From an uncultured bacterium (GTDB lineage Bacteria; Zixibacteria; MSB-5A5; GN15; FEB-12), in NCBI GenBank assembly GCA_965372795.1, contig CBDVDR010000002.1:32001-96000 (forward strand): a stretch of DNA of 64,000 nucleotides, given 5' to 3'. The translations under genes and the position numbers were made by a program. The notes beneath the pieces are model-generated. The model made no database searches, had not been told where the DNA came from, and worked only from the letters and a program-made list of their open reading frames with translations. Below are positions 30,451-39,555 of this stretch, piece after piece (the stretch's first letter is position 1; each line of letters begins with the position of its first letter).

Positions 30451-31422
30451 TTAAATCTTTTTATCAAAATAGAATGGAATCGACATCAACGCCAGCCACG
30501 CAAATTGCACATCATTTTGAGCAAGAGCAAGCTTTGCGGCTTTATAAATAGTATGATTCATTTTGCTTTGATTAGCTTGATGCAAAATGAATGAAGCTTT
30601 AAATATATCTTCGTAATTATCAGAACTTAGCTTTTGTTGCAATTCTTCACTATTAAGCTCACCGGTTAACTTATTTATAAATTGTAAAACCTGATCTTCA
30701 TCAGGGATTGATTCTGAATTTCCAAGTTGTCCGAGATTATTGGCTGAAAGAATTGTTGAGCATTTAATAAAATCAGGAATATTATCATACCCGATTCCCG
30801 TTCTACCTATCGGTTTTTCAATCTCAAAAATCGCTGTCCCGTTTGCCCGCGTATAATAATTCTCAGAATTTCTCCCCACCAAATTAATCAAATCCGGTTT
30901 AATCACCCCGTTTTCCATAACCGTCTCGCTGACATGAAACTTTACCACTTCACAAATCGCAAGATTCCCCGAACCGTTGTTCTCTCCAAGATTTTTCATC
31001 TCATGCAAGATACATTCCATCTGAAAAGGTGATTCCTTGACCCGAAACGGTTTTACTTTATCAGAAGGGATAGGCGTTAAACCGCTCTTTATGAATTCAT
31101 CAATCTCGGTTCCATATTCGGTCGAGGCTAATGAAACCTGTTGCACCATCTCATAAGTCACCGCTTGGATAACACACTCTTTGGTCGCAACCAAATTTTG
31201 ATAGGTATCTTTTAAACTTCCGTTTCGAATCCTTCGGGATGCTGAAAATGCCACCATCGGCGGGTTCGCCCCAAACCCGTTAAAAAATGAAAAAGGGGAG
31301 AGATTCCTGACCCCATCCTTTGAAATTGTCGAGACCAAAGCAATCGGACGGGGTGCTATCCCGCCAAGTAAAAGCTTTTGAACTTCAACTGTCGAAAGAT
31401 CTTTTGGATCATACTGTTTCAT
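30451..31422 (-). CDS. Flavin reductase (DIM6/NTAB) family protein
   Basis: APRPIALVST...NLSPFSFFN...KDTYQN...PFRVKESPFQMEC. Confidence 0.88.
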   Translation of the reverse strand: MKQYDPKDLSTVEVQKLLLGGIAPRPIALVSTISKDGVRNLSPFSFFNGFGANPPMVAFSASRRIRNGSLKDTYQNLVATKECVIQAVTYEMVQQVSLASTEYGTEIDEFIKSGLTPIPSDKVKPFRVKESPFQMECILHEMKNLGENNGSGNLAICEVVKFHVSETVMENGVIKPDLINLVGRNSENYYTRANGTAIFEIEKPIGRTGIGYDNIPDFIKCSTILSANNLGQLGNSESIPDEDQVLQFINKLTGELNSEELQQKLSSDNYEDIFKASFILHQANQSKMNHTIYKAAKLALAQNDVQFAWLALMSIPFYFDKKI

Positions 31423-31426
31423 CTAC

Positions 31427-32461
31427 TTATGCCGGCTCAACTATTTTCTTTTTCTCAAGAATCGACCAGTCGGTTTCGGCAATTTTAAAAACATTCGTCA
31501 ATTTCCCCAATCCCTTTATTTCAAGCTCCATCTTATCACCGGGTTTCAGCCAGATAGGAGAATATGATTCATCTTTGGCTTTTGCATCAATTGTACGACT
31601 CCCGTTCAACTCCAGATAACATCCGGTCCCCACCGTACCCGAACCGATAACATCGCCGGGAAATAATTCAACGCCGTATGAACATCGTTCAATGATTTCG
31701 GCAAAAGTCCAGTTCATATCTTTCAAATTGCCGTCTGAAATCAAATACCCGTTATGAGAAGCCGTCATCCTCAGATCATACTTGTTCCCAAATTCGGTTT
31801 CGATCTTAAAAGGTTCAAGTTCATCCGGGGTAACCAGCCATGGTCCAATCGCAGTCGCAAAATCTTTTCCCTTTGCCGGACCCAAATTCAAACGCATCTC
31901 TTCCATCTGAAGCGTCCGCGCCGAAATATCATTCATTATCAAATATCCCGCGATATATGAATCGGCATCCTTTGATGGAATATTCTTCCCGTGTTTGCCA
32001 ATCACTACCGCCGCTTCAAGTTCAAAATCAAGTTTATCAAAATGATCTTTTTCAAAAATAAGTTCGCCTTCGCCAACAGTCGCATTATGATTGGTGAAAT
32101 AAAATACCGGATACTGATCAAACTCAGGAATCATATCAACCCCCCGATTCCTTCGGGCGGTAGCCACATGCTGACGGAACGCATAAGCATCCCGACACGA
32201 GGTCGGATGAGGTACCGGTGCCAGCATCTTCGAAATCTGTCCGCTCTCAACCCTCGTTACCGTATCAGCCGATAATATTTTATCCTGAACCTGGGCTGCC
32301 AGTGCCATCAATTCTTCGCCGCCCGCAAGCAGACATTTCATAGTCGAAGGGAATGAAATTGAAAATGATTCGGCGCTGTCTTTTAAATCATATATCTTAT
32401 CATTTATAAATAAGCCTAATCGTTCTTCGTGATTATTGTTCTGGTAAGAGAGAAACTTCAT
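31427..32461 (-). CDS. Fumarylacetoacetate hydrolase family protein
   Basis: RDAYAFRQH, DFELE, MNDISAR, KGKDF, GDVIGSGTVGTG. The likely start is MKFLSY at 32461. Confidence 0.9.
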   Translation of the reverse strand: MKFLSYQNNNHEERLGLFINDKIYDLKDSAESFSISFPSTMKCLLAGGEELMALAAQVQDKILSADTVTRVESGQISKMLAPVPHPTSCRDAYAFRQHVATARRNRGVDMIPEFDQYPVFYFTNHNATVGEGELIFEKDHFDKLDFELEAAVVIGKHGKNIPSKDADSYIAGYLIMNDISARTLQMEEMRLNLGPAKGKDFATAIGPWLVTPDELEPFKIETEFGNKYDLRMTASHNGYLISDGNLKDMNWTFAEIIERCSYGVELFPGDVIGSGTVGTGCYLELNGSRTIDAKAKDESYSPIWLKPGDKMELEIKGLGKLTNVFKIAETDWSILEKKKIVEPA

Positions 32462-33596
32462 TATTAGTATCCTTTTTTTCATCAGAAGCATGCCTTTTAT
32501 TTAAAAGCAGCTTGTAAACTTCTTCAATTATTGTAATGGCAAACTCGGTCTCATCAATCGTCCCCGAATTTATCCGCACTCCATTCGGAATCCCGAACGA
32601 ATTAACATGTCTCAAAATCAAACCGCGATTCAAACACTCGGTATAAAAATCTCCGGCAAACGCTTCATCAGGGAAAATCATCATAAAGAAATTCCCCCAG
32701 CTCGGAGCGTATCTAATCCCAATCTTTTTAAAGCAATCTTCAAACATCTTTAGCGATTTCTTATTGGTTGCAATAGTTAGCTTTAGAAACTCATCATCAG
32801 ACAAAGCCGCTATCGCCGCCTGTTGCGCCGGAAGATTCGGCTCAAAGGGGAGACGTAATTTATAAAGATGATCAATCAAATATTTTGGTCCAAAAGCAAA
32901 CCCGATTCGAATCCCGCCCAGACCGTAAATTTTTGAAAACGTCCGCAAAACAACCATATTGTCAAATTCATAAGTCGCCCCGTCCGGATATTCCGGGTCA
33001 ACATCAGCATAAGAGTAATAGGCTTCATCAAGGATGACTAAAATATTATTTGGAATCGAAGCCATAAAAGCTTCAAACTCTTTTCTTTTAAAAATTGTCC
33101 CGGTCGGATTATTCGGGTTTGCCAGATAAATAAATCTGGTCTTGGATGTAATAGCATTTTTGATTCCATCAAGATCATAACAGAAATCTTTCAACGGCAC
33201 CAACTTTAAACTTCTTCCAAGCTTGTTGGCATTCACAAAAATCCCGATAAAGGTTCCCTCCGAGGTTACAATCTCATCACCTTCATTTGAAAAGGCTGCG
33301 ATTACATCGGCAAGGAGCGAATCGGTTCCGTGCCCCGCAATAACACTCGTTTTACGAAGCTTATATTTCTTAGCAATAGCGCTGACCAGATCATATGAAA
33401 CCGGATCAACATAACGGTGAACCTGATCCATACATTTTTTCCCCGCCTCAATTGCCTTAGGCGAGGGACCCAATGGATTTTCATTGGAGGCTAATTTTAC
33501 GATTTTGGTTAATTTCTTCTCACGGGCTAATTCTTCAATCGGTTTACCTGATTTATAAGGTTTGAGCATGCGGATGTGTTTTGGTACGTTTATCAT
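32433..33596 (-). CDS. HisC-family PLP aminotransferase, likely aromatic aminotransferase by context
   Basis: KLASNENPLG, NPNNPTG, DEAY, RTFSKIYGLGGIRIG. The start at 33596 gives an ATGA overlap with hmgA. Confidence 0.85.
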   Translation of the reverse strand: MINVPKHIRMLKPYKSGKPIEELAREKKLTKIVKLASNENPLGPSPKAIEAGKKCMDQVHRYVDPVSYDLVSAIAKKYKLRKTSVIAGHGTDSLLADVIAAFSNEGDEIVTSEGTFIGIFVNANKLGRSLKLVPLKDFCYDLDGIKNAITSKTRFIYLANPNNPTGTIFKRKEFEAFMASIPNNILVILDEAYYSYADVDPEYPDGATYEFDNMVVLRTFSKIYGLGGIRIGFAFGPKYLIDHLYKLRLPFEPNLPAQQAAIAALSDDEFLKLTIATNKKSLKMFEDCFKKIGIRYAPSWGNFFMMIFPDEAFAGDFYTECLNRGLILRHVNSFGIPNGVRINSGTIDETEFAITIIEEVYKLLLNKRHASDEKKDTNNEVSLLPEQ

Positions 33597-34756
33597 TTTT
33601 CCAACCATGATTTTGAGTAATTTTCATCAATTGTCTTTTTGACATTCATAGTCGGAAGGAGAGGTGCAAAGGTATCGACCATCACAGCCCACTCATTGGT
33701 CTCTTTGGCGCCAACCGAATCTTCCGTCCTGCCCGGTTGCGGACCATGAGGCATTCCCGATGGATGTAAAGTTATCGAGCCTTCCTGTACCCCTTTCCGA
33801 GACATGAAGTCACCCTCTACATAATAGAGAACTTCATCGCTGTCAATATTGGAATGGAAATAAGGTGCCGGAATTGCATCAGGATGGAAATCAAATGGTC
33901 TTGGCACAAAATTACAAATCACAAAATGCTCGGTGACCCAGGCAAGGTGCACCGGCGGCGGTAAATGGATTCTGGCGACTTTGGCATGGTAATTCTTGAT
34001 ATTAAATGCATAAGGATACAAATACCCGTCCCAGCCAATAACATCAAACGGATGATGAGGGGAGATATGCTCAAAAAAACGGTCGCCCGCTTTCACAATT
34101 ATCTCAAAATCACCCTTTTCATCAATCGGCTCAAAATATTCAGGCAGTTTAAAATCACGCTCCGAATAAGGCGCGTGTTCTTCCATCTGACCATAATTAT
34201 TATGGAAATGATTAGGTATCTCAAACGGCGTTGATGATTCCACAATCAACAGTTTATTATTTTTATAATTATCAAACTTCATCTGATAAGTTGTTGTGCG
34301 GGGCACTATTATCTGGTCACCTTCGACGAATTTTAGTTTCCCGTACTCGGAAATAAATTCTCCTGAACCATGATGAATAAAAATATACTCACTCGCATAA
34401 GCATTACGGTAAAACCTCTCCGTAGCTTCGGTCACTTTAGCCGTCAGCATCGTACAATGACTATTGGTCAAATACCTTTCCCGCGATGAAATAAAATCAC
34501 CCTGCTGATCAAGCTTTTCTGTAAAACAATGATAATAATTTACTTCCGCTTCTGACCAGCTATCATCTTTCCCTAAGGCTAATTCCTTGACACTTTTCAA
34601 TGCCGTCGGCAGATAAATATGATACTTAGTCGAATAAATCCCCGAGAAACCCTTGCTCGAAACTAACTCTTCCCGATAAAGTGACTTCCCGTCATCCTTA
34701 TAAAAGGTCGTATGTTTTACTTTGGGAATCTTTCCCAATTTATGATAAAATGGCAT
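33593..34756 (-). CDS. hmgA: Homogentisate 1,2-dioxygenase
   Basis: HHPFDVIGWDG, IHLPPPVH, PYFHSNIDSDEVLYY, TLHPSGMPHGP. Confidence 0.93.
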   Translation of the reverse strand: MPFYHKLGKIPKVKHTTFYKDDGKSLYREELVSSKGFSGIYSTKYHIYLPTALKSVKELALGKDDSWSEAEVNYYHCFTEKLDQQGDFISSRERYLTNSHCTMLTAKVTEATERFYRNAYASEYIFIHHGSGEFISEYGKLKFVEGDQIIVPRTTTYQMKFDNYKNNKLLIVESSTPFEIPNHFHNNYGQMEEHAPYSERDFKLPEYFEPIDEKGDFEIIVKAGDRFFEHISPHHPFDVIGWDGYLYPYAFNIKNYHAKVARIHLPPPVHLAWVTEHFVICNFVPRPFDFHPDAIPAPYFHSNIDSDEVLYYVEGDFMSRKGVQEGSITLHPSGMPHGPQPGRTEDSVGAKETNEWAVMVDTFAPLLPTMNVKKTIDENYSKSWLEK

Positions 34757-34777
34757 TATTAAATCCTTTTAAATGTT

Positions 34778-35917
34778 TTAACAGGGGGGAAGAACGTCTT
34801 CCGGTTTCAAACCCAAATTACCGCGAAGTTTTTGATCTAACTCGATAGATTCAAACAGAGACTGGAAATTCCCTTTCCCAAATCCCATCGAATTTCCTTT
34901 ACGTGAAATAAATTCAAAAAAGAATGTCGGTCGGTCCCCAATCGGTTTGGTGAACAACTGCAACAGATACCCATCCGATTCCTTATCACATAAAATCCCT
35001 AACTTCTGAAGGTCATCGATGCTTTCTTCAATATTCAAATCCTCACGCGCCCGAAGCATATCAAAATAAGTGTCCGGGATATGTAAAAACTCAACTCCGT
35101 TTTTGCGAAGAGCGCTGATTGTCTTGACAATATCATGAGTCCACACCGCCACATGCTGAATCCCCGAACCATAATACTGCTCAATATATTCTTCGATTTG
35201 TGATTTTTTGATCCCCGAATATGGCTCATTAATAGGGTTCTTAATCTTAAAATCTTTAGTCCGAACCACTTTGGAAAGCAACGCCGAGTATTTGGTCCCG
35301 ATATCCCCGGGTCCAAAATCCACAAAGGTCTCAAAATTCATCGTCTTATTAAAATAATCCGCCCACATATTCATCTCGTTCTCACGAACATTCCCAACAA
35401 TATGATCAATCCCCATAATACCCGTATCTTCCGATTTAATCTCAATCTTCTGAATCGGTTCACAATATTGAGGTTTAAAAATATAATCATAGTTATCATA
35501 GTTGATATAAACTATCTCAGAATCATCATAAATCCGAATCGCCGCTTCCATCACATAACCATGAGTATCCTCGATCTTCTCAGGACGTTTCACCATGATT
35601 GCCCCGTGCGAAGTCGCATAATTAAACGCCTGTTCAACATCATCAACCTCAATCGCCCATCGTTTCACCCCATCGCCATGACGGGTAACAAAATTTGAAA
35701 CCTCATAATTATCCGGCTGAACCGCCGAAGTTATAACAAACTTCAGATTGTTTTTGGTCAAATAATAAGAAATCCGGTCGCGTACTCCGGTTTCAGGACC
35801 CATATATCCGGTTATCTCAAGCCCCAACGCTTTGGCAAACCAGTAGGCGGTCATCTTTGCCGAACCGACATAAAACTCGATATAATCGTATTTTCTGATA
35901 TTTAATTGGTCAGACAT
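34778..35917 (-). CDS. hppD: 4-hydroxyphenylpyruvate dioxygenase
   Basis: HGDGV, DHIVGN, PINEP, SQIEEY, GIQHVA, LLQLFTKP..RPTFFFE, GFGKGNF. Confidence 0.96.
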   Translation of the reverse strand: MSDQLNIRKYDYIEFYVGSAKMTAYWFAKALGLEITGYMGPETGVRDRISYYLTKNNLKFVITSAVQPDNYEVSNFVTRHGDGVKRWAIEVDDVEQAFNYATSHGAIMVKRPEKIEDTHGYVMEAAIRIYDDSEIVYINYDNYDYIFKPQYCEPIQKIEIKSEDTGIMGIDHIVGNVRENEMNMWADYFNKTMNFETFVDFGPGDIGTKYSALLSKVVRTKDFKIKNPINEPYSGIKKSQIEEYIEQYYGSGIQHVAVWTHDIVKTISALRKNGVEFLHIPDTYFDMLRAREDLNIEESIDDLQKLGILCDKESDGYLLQLFTKPIGDRPTFFFEFISRKGNSMGFGKGNFQSLFESIELDQKLRGNLGLKPEDVLPPC

Positions 35918-36150
35918 AACTCCCTCTATGTTTTAATTCTCTAATTATACTTTAAATCTAGAATTTAATTTTAAAGTATATAATTTTCTCTGATTGATAT
36001 AACAGCCTTTGACTGTTTTAGTTCAAAAATGTATCAGAAAAGTATAAAAAAGAGCCCCTCAAAGCAACGAAAACAGTAATAATAGAGCTATAAGCTCTAC
36101 GAAACTTATCTTCTATGAAACCTGCCATTTATTATTCAATTGTCTCTTGA

Positions 36151-36224
36151 GTAGGTCAGGAGCCCTGCGCTCCTGACATCTTGATTCCATTTTTTAACTG
36201 GGTAGCCCACCCCTTGGGGTGGGT
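36151..36224. repeat. Two GTAG-initiated REP-like hairpins
   Basis: GTAG-GTCAGGAGC-cctgc-GCTCCTGAC (36151-36177) and GTA-GCCCACCCC-tt-GGGGTGGGT (36202-36224). Confidence 0.55.
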
Positions 36225-36369
36225 TTCTATTCAAGCTCAAAACCCAAATATCCAAATTTCGCCAGAGAAAAACACACACAAAGTATGCGTAAGTATACGA
36301 AGTGCGTGTGCAAAATCCACATCAAATCATTGGTCATTCAAAACTCAACCCCTATTTAAAAAGGCTATC

Positions 36370-37629
36370 ATGAAAATCTTCAACCGAAAAAACAAACCAC
36401 AAAAAAACTCAATCTTAACTGACAAAAATGCCCGAATCGACCCGGTCACAACCAAAACTTTCAAACCCTTTAAAAAGTTTGAAAAATCAATCAAATTCGA
36501 ACCAAAAGATATCCATTCCGGTCGTTACAAAGTCCAACTCTACCGCTTCTTATCCGACAATATCCCCGTCGTCAACGCCTGTGTCTGGACCTGGGTTCGC
36601 CTCGCCGCCGCCAAAGGTAAATTTACAATTTCCAATAATCATAAATCATCCGACAACGTCCTTGCTTGCCTTGACGATCTCTCAAAAAACATCTATTCCA
36701 ATATCTCCGGCAACCGCACCGGACTCGTCTCGTTCTTAGTTGACCTGTTTGAATATCTTTTCCGCGATGGTTTCTTCGGCGGCATCCTGACCGTCAACCC
36801 GGACTACTCCGGCGTCGACCAGTTCATTCTCCTTGACCCTGCTAAAATTTCCCTTAATCAGGACGCTACTCCTAATAATTTACTATTAGAGAATAATGGT
36901 AAATATGTTACCCTGAACCGTCCCGATTTCTACTATATCCCTCTTAGCAACAGCCGTATCTATCCGCTCGGCCGATCAATCCTGCAAGCCATTCCGTTCA
37001 TCAGCTATATCGAGCAACAGCTTGTCGATGACATGCGCCGATCAAGTCACAACAGCGGTTTTCACAAACTCCATGTCAAAATAACTCCGCCCGAAAGATT
37101 CGCCGGTGAATCCGAAACCGGTTATGTCAACCGCATCAACAACTATTTCGATTCAACCGTCAGCATGATCAAAAGCTGCGAGGTTGACGAAAACCCCGTC
37201 ACCTGGGACAACGTCTTAATCGAATCCATCGGACCCGACAACGCCCGTTCGGTTTCCAACAGCTGGTTCATGAACCACCGTGCTATGGTCGAGGAAATCT
37301 GTGCCGGAACCAATCTCGCCCCGTTTCTGCTCGGCTATTCCTATGGCGCCACCACTACCTGGTCCGGTTTCAAATTCGACATGGTCATGCGTCAGATCAA
37401 ATCCATCCAGCATGAAATCGCCCACTTCCTCGAATGGATCGGCAATATCCATCTGGCTCTCTCAGGTTTTGATTCAAAATGTAAATTCGAATTCGACAAC
37501 ACCTTTCCATATCAGGCCAACGAAATTGCCACCGTCAAAACCTCCCAGCTTGATAACCTGCTCAAACTATATGACAAAGGCTTACTGGAAAAAGATGTCA
37601 TCTCTCAAAAAGCACAGGAGTTGATATAA
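36370..37629 (+). CDS. Phage-type portal protein
   Basis: Likely start ATG 36370 (419 aa). YRFLSDNIPVVNACV, YPLGRSILQAIPF and EEICAGTNLAPFLLGYSYGATTTW are portal-like; lies directly before TerL. Confidence 0.7.
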   Translation: MKIFNRKNKPQKNSILTDKNARIDPVTTKTFKPFKKFEKSIKFEPKDIHSGRYKVQLYRFLSDNIPVVNACVWTWVRLAAAKGKFTISNNHKSSDNVLACLDDLSKNIYSNISGNRTGLVSFLVDLFEYLFRDGFFGGILTVNPDYSGVDQFILLDPAKISLNQDATPNNLLLENNGKYVTLNRPDFYYIPLSNSRIYPLGRSILQAIPFISYIEQQLVDDMRRSSHNSGFHKLHVKITPPERFAGESETGYVNRINNYFDSTVSMIKSCEVDENPVTWDNVLIESIGPDNARSVSNSWFMNHRAMVEEICAGTNLAPFLLGYSYGATTTWSGFKFDMVMRQIKSIQHEIAHFLEWIGNIHLALSGFDSKCKFEFDNTFPYQANEIATVKTSQLDNLLKLYDKGLLEKDVISQKAQELI

Positions 37630-38972
37630 ATAATTTAATAAATACTGTCAATTGGCACCGTTGTCTGACCGAGCCGGATTACTTTGCGAAGGAAATCCTG
37701 AATGTAACCCTGCATCCCGGGCAAAAAAAATGGCTCGAAAACTCTAACGAAAGAGAAAACCTGCTCGTCACCGGTAACCGTTGGGGCAAATCATTTGTCT
37801 GTGCCATAAAAATAATTCATCATGCCCTGTTCCGTCCGCGTAAACTGAAATATGATTACTCCGGCAGATACAAAATTGTAACCGCCTCCATCACGCAGGA
37901 TCAGGCAAATATTATTTTTACCCAGATCATTCGCTTTCTCAACAGTTCCGATTTCCTCGGATCATTGGTTGAATCGCACACTAAAACCCCGTTCCCGCGA
38001 CTGCAATTTTCAAACGGTTCCACAATTGAAGCCCGCTCAACCCAGAACAGGGGAGAGTACCTGCTCGGCAACGACTATGACCTGTTCATCTTTGATGAAG
38101 TCGCCTTTGAAGCCGACCCCGAATATGTCGTTGAAGAAATCATCCAGATGCGTCTCGCTGACCGGGAGGGCAAACTTGATCTGGTCAGCACTCCCAACGG
38201 CAAAAACTGGTTCTACAAAAAAGCTCAGGATATTCTGTCAAAAAAATTCCCCGGCTATTACCAATCCGGCGACAGCCGCGAAAATAAATATATCTCACAG
38301 GAATTCCTTAACGACCGGGTCCTTCATTTTTCCGAAAAAAGAATCCAGCAAAACATCATGGGACAATTTGTCGATACCGGCGGTGAAATCATCAAAGGTT
38401 CCCATATCGACCGGGCGCTTGAGGGGTTCGCCGATTTTAAAAATCAGCTGAATCAGATCGACCCTTTCCATATCCCATACTACCTGTCCGGCTGGGACCT
38501 CGCCCGCAAAAAAACCGCCACCGTCGGAGTTACCGTCCAGATAATCGGCGACAAAATTTATGTCGTCGATCTCGAACGCTTCAAAATGTTTGACTGGAAT
38601 GTTGTCACCGAAAAAATCCGTATCCGCCAGAGAAAATACCCCGGCCGATTGATTATTGATGCTACCGGCTTAGGCGATGTTGTCGTCGAACAATTAAGCG
38701 ACTTCAACCCCGAGCCCGTTATCTTTACACCCTCAACCAAAGCTGAAATGCTCACCAATGTTGAACTGCTCCATGCTCAAAACCGGATCTTCTACAAAAG
38801 ATGGGAGCTTCCCGACGGGGCGGGTAAAATATGGTCGCTTGAGGATGAACTTAGGCAGGCGCGGTGGGATTCTAATAATCAGTTTGATTCGTTAATGGCG
38901 TTGGCTTTGGCAGTATGGTGCCTTAGAAAAAGAGACCGAATCTCTCCGGCACCAAAATTTGGAACAATATAA
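37626..38972 (+). CDS. Phage terminase large subunit with apparent non-canonical ATA start
   Basis: The frame of ORF 37965 is open upstream to 37575 and encodes LHPGQKKW and Walker A TGNRWGKS (37770-37793). Walker B FIFDEVA, STPNG, and nuclease motifs GWDLA, IDATG and FDSLMALALA follow. 448 aa from ATA 37626. Confidence 0.88.
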   Translation: MNNLINTVNWHRCLTEPDYFAKEILNVTLHPGQKKWLENSNERENLLVTGNRWGKSFVCAIKIIHHALFRPRKLKYDYSGRYKIVTASITQDQANIIFTQIIRFLNSSDFLGSLVESHTKTPFPRLQFSNGSTIEARSTQNRGEYLLGNDYDLFIFDEVAFEADPEYVVEEIIQMRLADREGKLDLVSTPNGKNWFYKKAQDILSKKFPGYYQSGDSRENKYISQEFLNDRVLHFSEKRIQQNIMGQFVDTGGEIIKGSHIDRALEGFADFKNQLNQIDPFHIPYYLSGWDLARKKTATVGVTVQIIGDKIYVVDLERFKMFDWNVVTEKIRIRQRKYPGRLIIDATGLGDVVVEQLSDFNPEPVIFTPSTKAEMLTNVELLHAQNRIFYKRWELPDGAGKIWSLEDELRQARWDSNNQFDSLMALALAVWCLRKRDRISPAPKFGTI

Positions 38973-38978
38973 TTTATA

Positions 38979-39317
38979 TCAGGATTTTGTCTTTGTATTA
39001 GAACGAGCCATATACATAGCACTCAATCCGGCGGCCATTATAATTAATGTCCCCGGTTCCGGCACAGGTGAGGTCGGATCAGGATCTGTAGGCGGTGTCT
39101 CAGGAATTATAAGCTCATCGGTTCCTTGAGAAGTAAGCAGGTCTGATTGAGTTGTACCCTGAGTTGCGCTTTTCTGAGTTGTCTGGCTGGGGCTCTTTGA
39201 TGGTGGAATATTAACACCTTCGACCTCATCAAAAGTGATAGTCATGGCTAACACAAAAACCAGTATGGCTACAAACCATTTAAGGGGCTGAGTTGCATTT
39301 CTTTTATAAACTGTCAT
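38979..39317 (-). CDS. Small PEP-CTERM sorting-domain protein
   Basis: Signal peptide, S/T/P/Q-rich linker, VPEPGTLIIMAAGLSAMYMARSNTKTKS; likely start 39317. Confidence 0.85.
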   Translation of the reverse strand: MTVYKRNATQPLKWFVAILVFVLAMTITFDEVEGVNIPPSKSPSQTTQKSATQGTTQSDLLTSQGTDELIIPETPPTDPDPTSPVPEPGTLIIMAAGLSAMYMARSNTKTKS

Positions 39318-39555
39318 TTTCTTAATCCTTATTTTATTGTCTTCAAGCCATATTAAAGCAAAGTCTGTGCCTCTTGAGTTTATATTTATATAACTCATAT
39401 AAGAGTTTATGCCTCAACAACATAAATTCAACTAAAAAATATAAAATTATCTATGCTGCAAAACATATAGGTAATCCATTGCGCAAAAAAAACGTAACAA
39501 TAATGGTCTTTTATAAACCGTCCCTAATTAATAAAAACACTAACCGGGAGAATAT

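Noticed and set aside
32433..33596. Histidine biosynthesis hisC assignment
   Set aside because: No his genes are adjacent and it is embedded in a Tyr catabolic operon, so the symbol is withheld.
36181..36369. N-terminal extension of the portal ORF
   Set aside because: It runs through a REP-like hairpin and looks non-coding; ATG 36370 gives a typical portal size.
37965..38972. Truncated or pseudogenised terminase as given by the ORF track
   Set aside because: The upstream frame is open and encodes the missing Walker A region with no stop or frameshift.
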